Below, one piece after another: positions 60,246 through 64,000 of a stretch of DNA of 64,000 bases. The stretch covers positions 20,410,169 through 20,474,168 of the forward strand of contig OZ316891.1 in NCBI GenBank assembly GCA_973895155.1, given 5' to 3'. Position 1 is the stretch's first letter. Every line of letters starts with the position of its first letter. The notes beneath the pieces are model-generated. The model did no database searches and was not told where the DNA came from. It saw only the letters and a list, made by a program, of their open reading frames with translations. This DNA is from Marsupella aquatica. Its lineage: Eukaryota > Plantae > Marchantiophyta. The translations under genes and the position numbers were made by a program.

Positions 60246-60510
60246 ATAATCTTAACAAACATGTTGATGCAGAGTTCACACAAAACAAAGGAGCAATATT
60301 GGGACACAGTCACTAGTTATATAGTTTAATGATCTCTGAACAGGACTTTATTGTATAACTAATTTACTTTGTGATTTTCTTTGCATTTTACAGGGCATAT
60401 TGGAAGAAGAATGGTTAGTCAAGATTTCAAAAACCTTTGATTACAAAGATTCTCCACTACTTCTACTAAACCGAGTAAACATAAAAATAGGTTAAGCCCT
60501 TCAGTGTATC

Positions 60511-61150
60511 AAGGGCCTGTTTCTCAAGCAGCACATGTTGGATTTTCTCCTGCATAAGAATTGCAACAAGACAAAGCAAAAACTCATAAAATCCTCTATA
60601 CTCTCTCCCCTTTGCCTTTGCCCTTGCCCAAAAACCAGCACTCTAATCCTGACTAACCCTCGGGCTGTCTCTTTATATTTACAAGGGAATTTTGGGAGAA
60701 GAATCCTCAGTGAAGATTTTGATCACCTTCTTATGATAATTTCTTATAATTTTAACGAGGTACTTGCTTTGATCGACCCCCAAAATGACACTTGTTACTT
60801 GATCGACCCCCTGAGGTCTATGAATGGCCCAGATCTGAGATCAAAAGGTCCATCAACCGTCCAGATTGGGGAAAAGTATTGAGGGGGTTGATTAAGCAAA
60901 CTTTTTTCTAAAAGTGGGCTACTAAGCATGTCCCTCTAATTTTAACTCAAATCAGTTCAAATAAAATCTATTAAACACTCAACTGCATTAAGGGCCTGTT
61001 TCTAGAGCCGTACAGGTTGGATTTCTCCGACATATGGATTGGAACGAGAAAAAGCAAAAACATGTAAAGTCGCATGAGACTCTGAAGTCTGCCCATTTGC
61101 CCTTGCCCGAACAACCGCACTCTAATCACGACTCACGCCCGGGCAGAGTC
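60511..61150. mobile_element. Two PIF/Harbinger-like left ends (GGGCCTGTTT) in direct orientation, separated by a small Mutator-like foldback element
   Basis: AAGGGCCTGTTTCT...GTTGGATTT...AAAGCAAAAAC...TTTGCCCTTGCCC...GCACTCTAATC at 60511-60665 and 60990-61145. Segment 60767-60935 has imperfect inverted ends (TTGATCGACCCCC / GGGGGTTGATTAA). Confidence 0.55.
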
Positions 61151-64000
61151 GCGGGCCAGGCAGAAGAATTTCCCCTGCCCGCGGGCAAGGTCTGAAATGT
61201 ACTGGCCGGCATTCGTTGCTTGAAAATATCTTCGCTTATCTCACCTCAGGCATGCATGCCTGCCATCGATGCATGGGTGAACGCAGCAATGCTACAATCT
61301 GAACGGCCCAGATTCACGATGCATGCATGTGCGCCATGAACGGACTCATGCGTGATAAGCAGTCGGAATTCTCGGCGATGCATTGAATGCACGTGTGCCG
61401 TGGATGCCTAGAAATCGATGGACTGTGCCCGAGTGCCCGATTTCTTTCGTGGTTTGCCCTCATATTTCATCCTTCTTTAGGAAACATCAGCGAAATGCAA
61501 GAGTAAAATAGAGATGAAACATATATTTTGTTTTTGTAAATCTCTGAAACCCCACAGAAAAGGAAGAGTCCGCGATAACAATTAGAGCATTACACCTATC
61601 AACTCAAGTGCACTACCACACAGCCATGCCTCTCTGGGCAATGACAAAGAACTTTGAACCAGAGCACATCTCTACATTTTGCGTTTGGTCAAGGACATGA
61701 AAAATCTTGTCCGCACACTTGCAATCAAAACCAAAACTGGTACATTTGAGCGAGAGATCTTTTTGTGGTCCTAAGGTTTGAGAAGCCATAATAAAGGCAA
61801 TGAAACCCAAACGCAAGAGACCCAATAGAAGCAACAAAACAGGGAAGAACAGAGAGCCAGAAAGTCTGAATGCCCTGTGTCATGGCAAAGGAACTGCCAG
61901 AAAGTCCAAACTCACTGTGTCATGGCAAAGGAACTAAAGCCTGGCCAAGGTCATAAGTAAACTCCATAGAAGGGTTAGGAAGATAACTTTTTTGAACTAG
62001 ATAAAGATGATTGGGTCTGTTCATTCAGTGCTGTCTATTATTGTGCAGGTTTAGTAGCACACAAGATGAGAACATGTATCTCTTCCAAATGCTACCTGAG
62101 GTGTGTTGAGTCACAGAATTGTGGAGGTTTCTTGAGACGAGTCATTCCAACAAGAATAGCGCAGTGGATTGTTGCCAGTGAAGTTTAGAGTTCACGCCTC
62201 ATAAAATCAACATTATTTTGGACAAACCCATTTTCAAGTGAGGTTCACAATTGAAGATCATTCTCTGATCATCCAAATGAAAATGGGCAGCGTGTCAGGA
62301 GTTTTACCAAATGAATTTCCCATACCTGAATAAATGCGATAGAAAAATAGAGTCCAGGTAGGACCAAAGAAAACCTTCAATCAGTTTATTGGGTCTTCTC
62401 ATGTTCTATGCGTGCACTTTTTCACTTTTTGCTTGGGGGACCCACCAGAACAAAATTGCTGCCCTCCTTGGCGCTAGGTGGACTGGGGGCTGGGTTCAAG
62501 CCTCACGTTGCAGTGAAGGAAGGGTTGGCAGCTGGAAGCTATGGATAGCAAGGATAGATAGGTAGCAAGGTACAGTAGGATGTTGGACTTTTAAAGGAGA
62601 CTGGGTGGATGGATAGGGTAGGTCAGCCTACATGCCATAATACTAGGCTTACAAATAACCACGTAATGTGCAACACAACTGGATATTGTAAGTTGGATAA
62701 CAACCCCGCCTCCTCTTCAAACACATCTTGGTGATAATTGCCCCCTTTTCCTTGCAAGATCCTGTCGATCTCTTTTCTTCAAGATCCTGTTTATCTCTTG
62801 CAGTTGACTCTTAACCTGAATTTTTAGAGTGTGTGGCTTTTGCTCAATTAACTAAAGAAGTTGGAAATATCTTCTTGAGCTTGTTGAAGGGAGAGGATAT
62901 GAAGATGGCGGATTTGGATGCTGTATTGTGCAAATGACCCACTTTTTCTGGCTTTCGGAGGATAAGCTTATCATGTTCACCTGGATGGACCACCCAAGGG
63001 TTTCAAGAGGTGTGCGGGTCACTCATGAGGACCACCAGCAGTAATAAGAGGGTTGGGACGTGGCCACATGTCTAGTGCATAGATGGTTGACTTACAAAGC
63101 TTACCACATCTTGATAGTATCTTAAACAATTTATAGATTTGGTCAAAAACTAAAGCACAAGGAAAAAGACCCATAGGTTTTATGCCAGCTATTCTATGAG
63201 TTTCAATCTCTTAACAACAGTTTCTTTTTAAGTGGTGAAATTTTTCAATAATTATTCCCAAGCGGAAATTCTTAGCCACTTTGGGCAAAACTTTGCCATG
63301 TATTTGTTCAGCCAGCTTTACCCACTTAGCTTGCCAAAGACTCCATTATAGACAATGTGACAGTCATCCATAAATATAGAAAGATCTAACAGTCAATAGT
63401 TAGATTTTGGACAGTTGCCATGCTGGCAAAGAACACCTGGAAATCACCCTGCTTCACACCCATTATTGCTAAGGCAACATAATTACATGATAGTGGCTGG
63501 AAAGATAATCTGAATGGATATTAAATTACTGTATAATGAAGGTTTAACAAGGGTGGTCTTGGGAAAAATCAAGTATATCAATTGGAGTAGAAGCCTTAAA
63601 CGACCACTGTCCCCAAAACAAAACCCTGTGAATCAAGGTTACCAAAATTGGTGAATAATGTTCTTTAAGAAATTAAAGTGCATTATTCTGTCCTCTCCTC
63701 ACGTTGACAGTGGCGGTCTATAGGTACACGGAAGTTCTTATTAGTTAAATGAAGTCTCTCTTTGCTGCCAGTCTCCTGGTCCATCCCTTCCCTTTACCGT
63801 CTCAACTTGTACATAGAGGAACACGGACGATTTACATGAAAATATCACACATCTCTTCATTTCCGTCTTATTTTAATGTTGAGTTTGTCCCTTTTCTAAT
63901 TGGCAACAATCTTTCTGGATTTTTGTGGCAATTGTGTTTCTACATGCAACCATCTTCGGAAAATTTGTCATAATGTGAGACTTGATTAGACTCCACTACT

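Noticed and set aside
62468-62503. A-box and B-box-like motifs (TGGCGCTAGGTGG, GGTTCAAGCC)
   Set aside because: Spacing is too short and there is no cloverleaf.

Overview
Eukaryotic nuclear DNA from a land plant. A non-seed (bryophyte-grade) plant is my inference from gene style and repeat content, not proven. I traced the spliced genes by hand with GT-AG introns and checked reading-frame phase. Well-supported genes: an intronless F-box/Kelch ORF (1735-2946, -), a small 4-exon twin-CX9C protein gene just upstream on the same strand (3761-5107, -), a 15-exon ADP-glucose pyrophosphorylase large subunit (16795-22030, +) and a 17-exon gamma-tubulin complex component GCP5 (34461-42374, +). Less certain: a single-exon secreted prepropeptide with an IDA/PIP-like C-terminus (24191-24670, +) and a spliced minus-strand unit with a 69-aa Cys-rich sORF (about 50.6-53 kb). 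Intergenic DNA is full of decayed transposons (Copia remnants, 3' ends of non-LTR retroelements, Harbinger/Tourist-, CACTA- and Mutator-like MITEs) and tandem arrays. Best leads: a possible dicistronic CX9C + F-box transcript, the IDA-like peptide precursor, a TIR-bounded micro-inversion inside a Copia gag, and a 6 x 96-bp palindrome-rich array upstream of GCP5. I found no rRNA, tRNA or CRISPR array.
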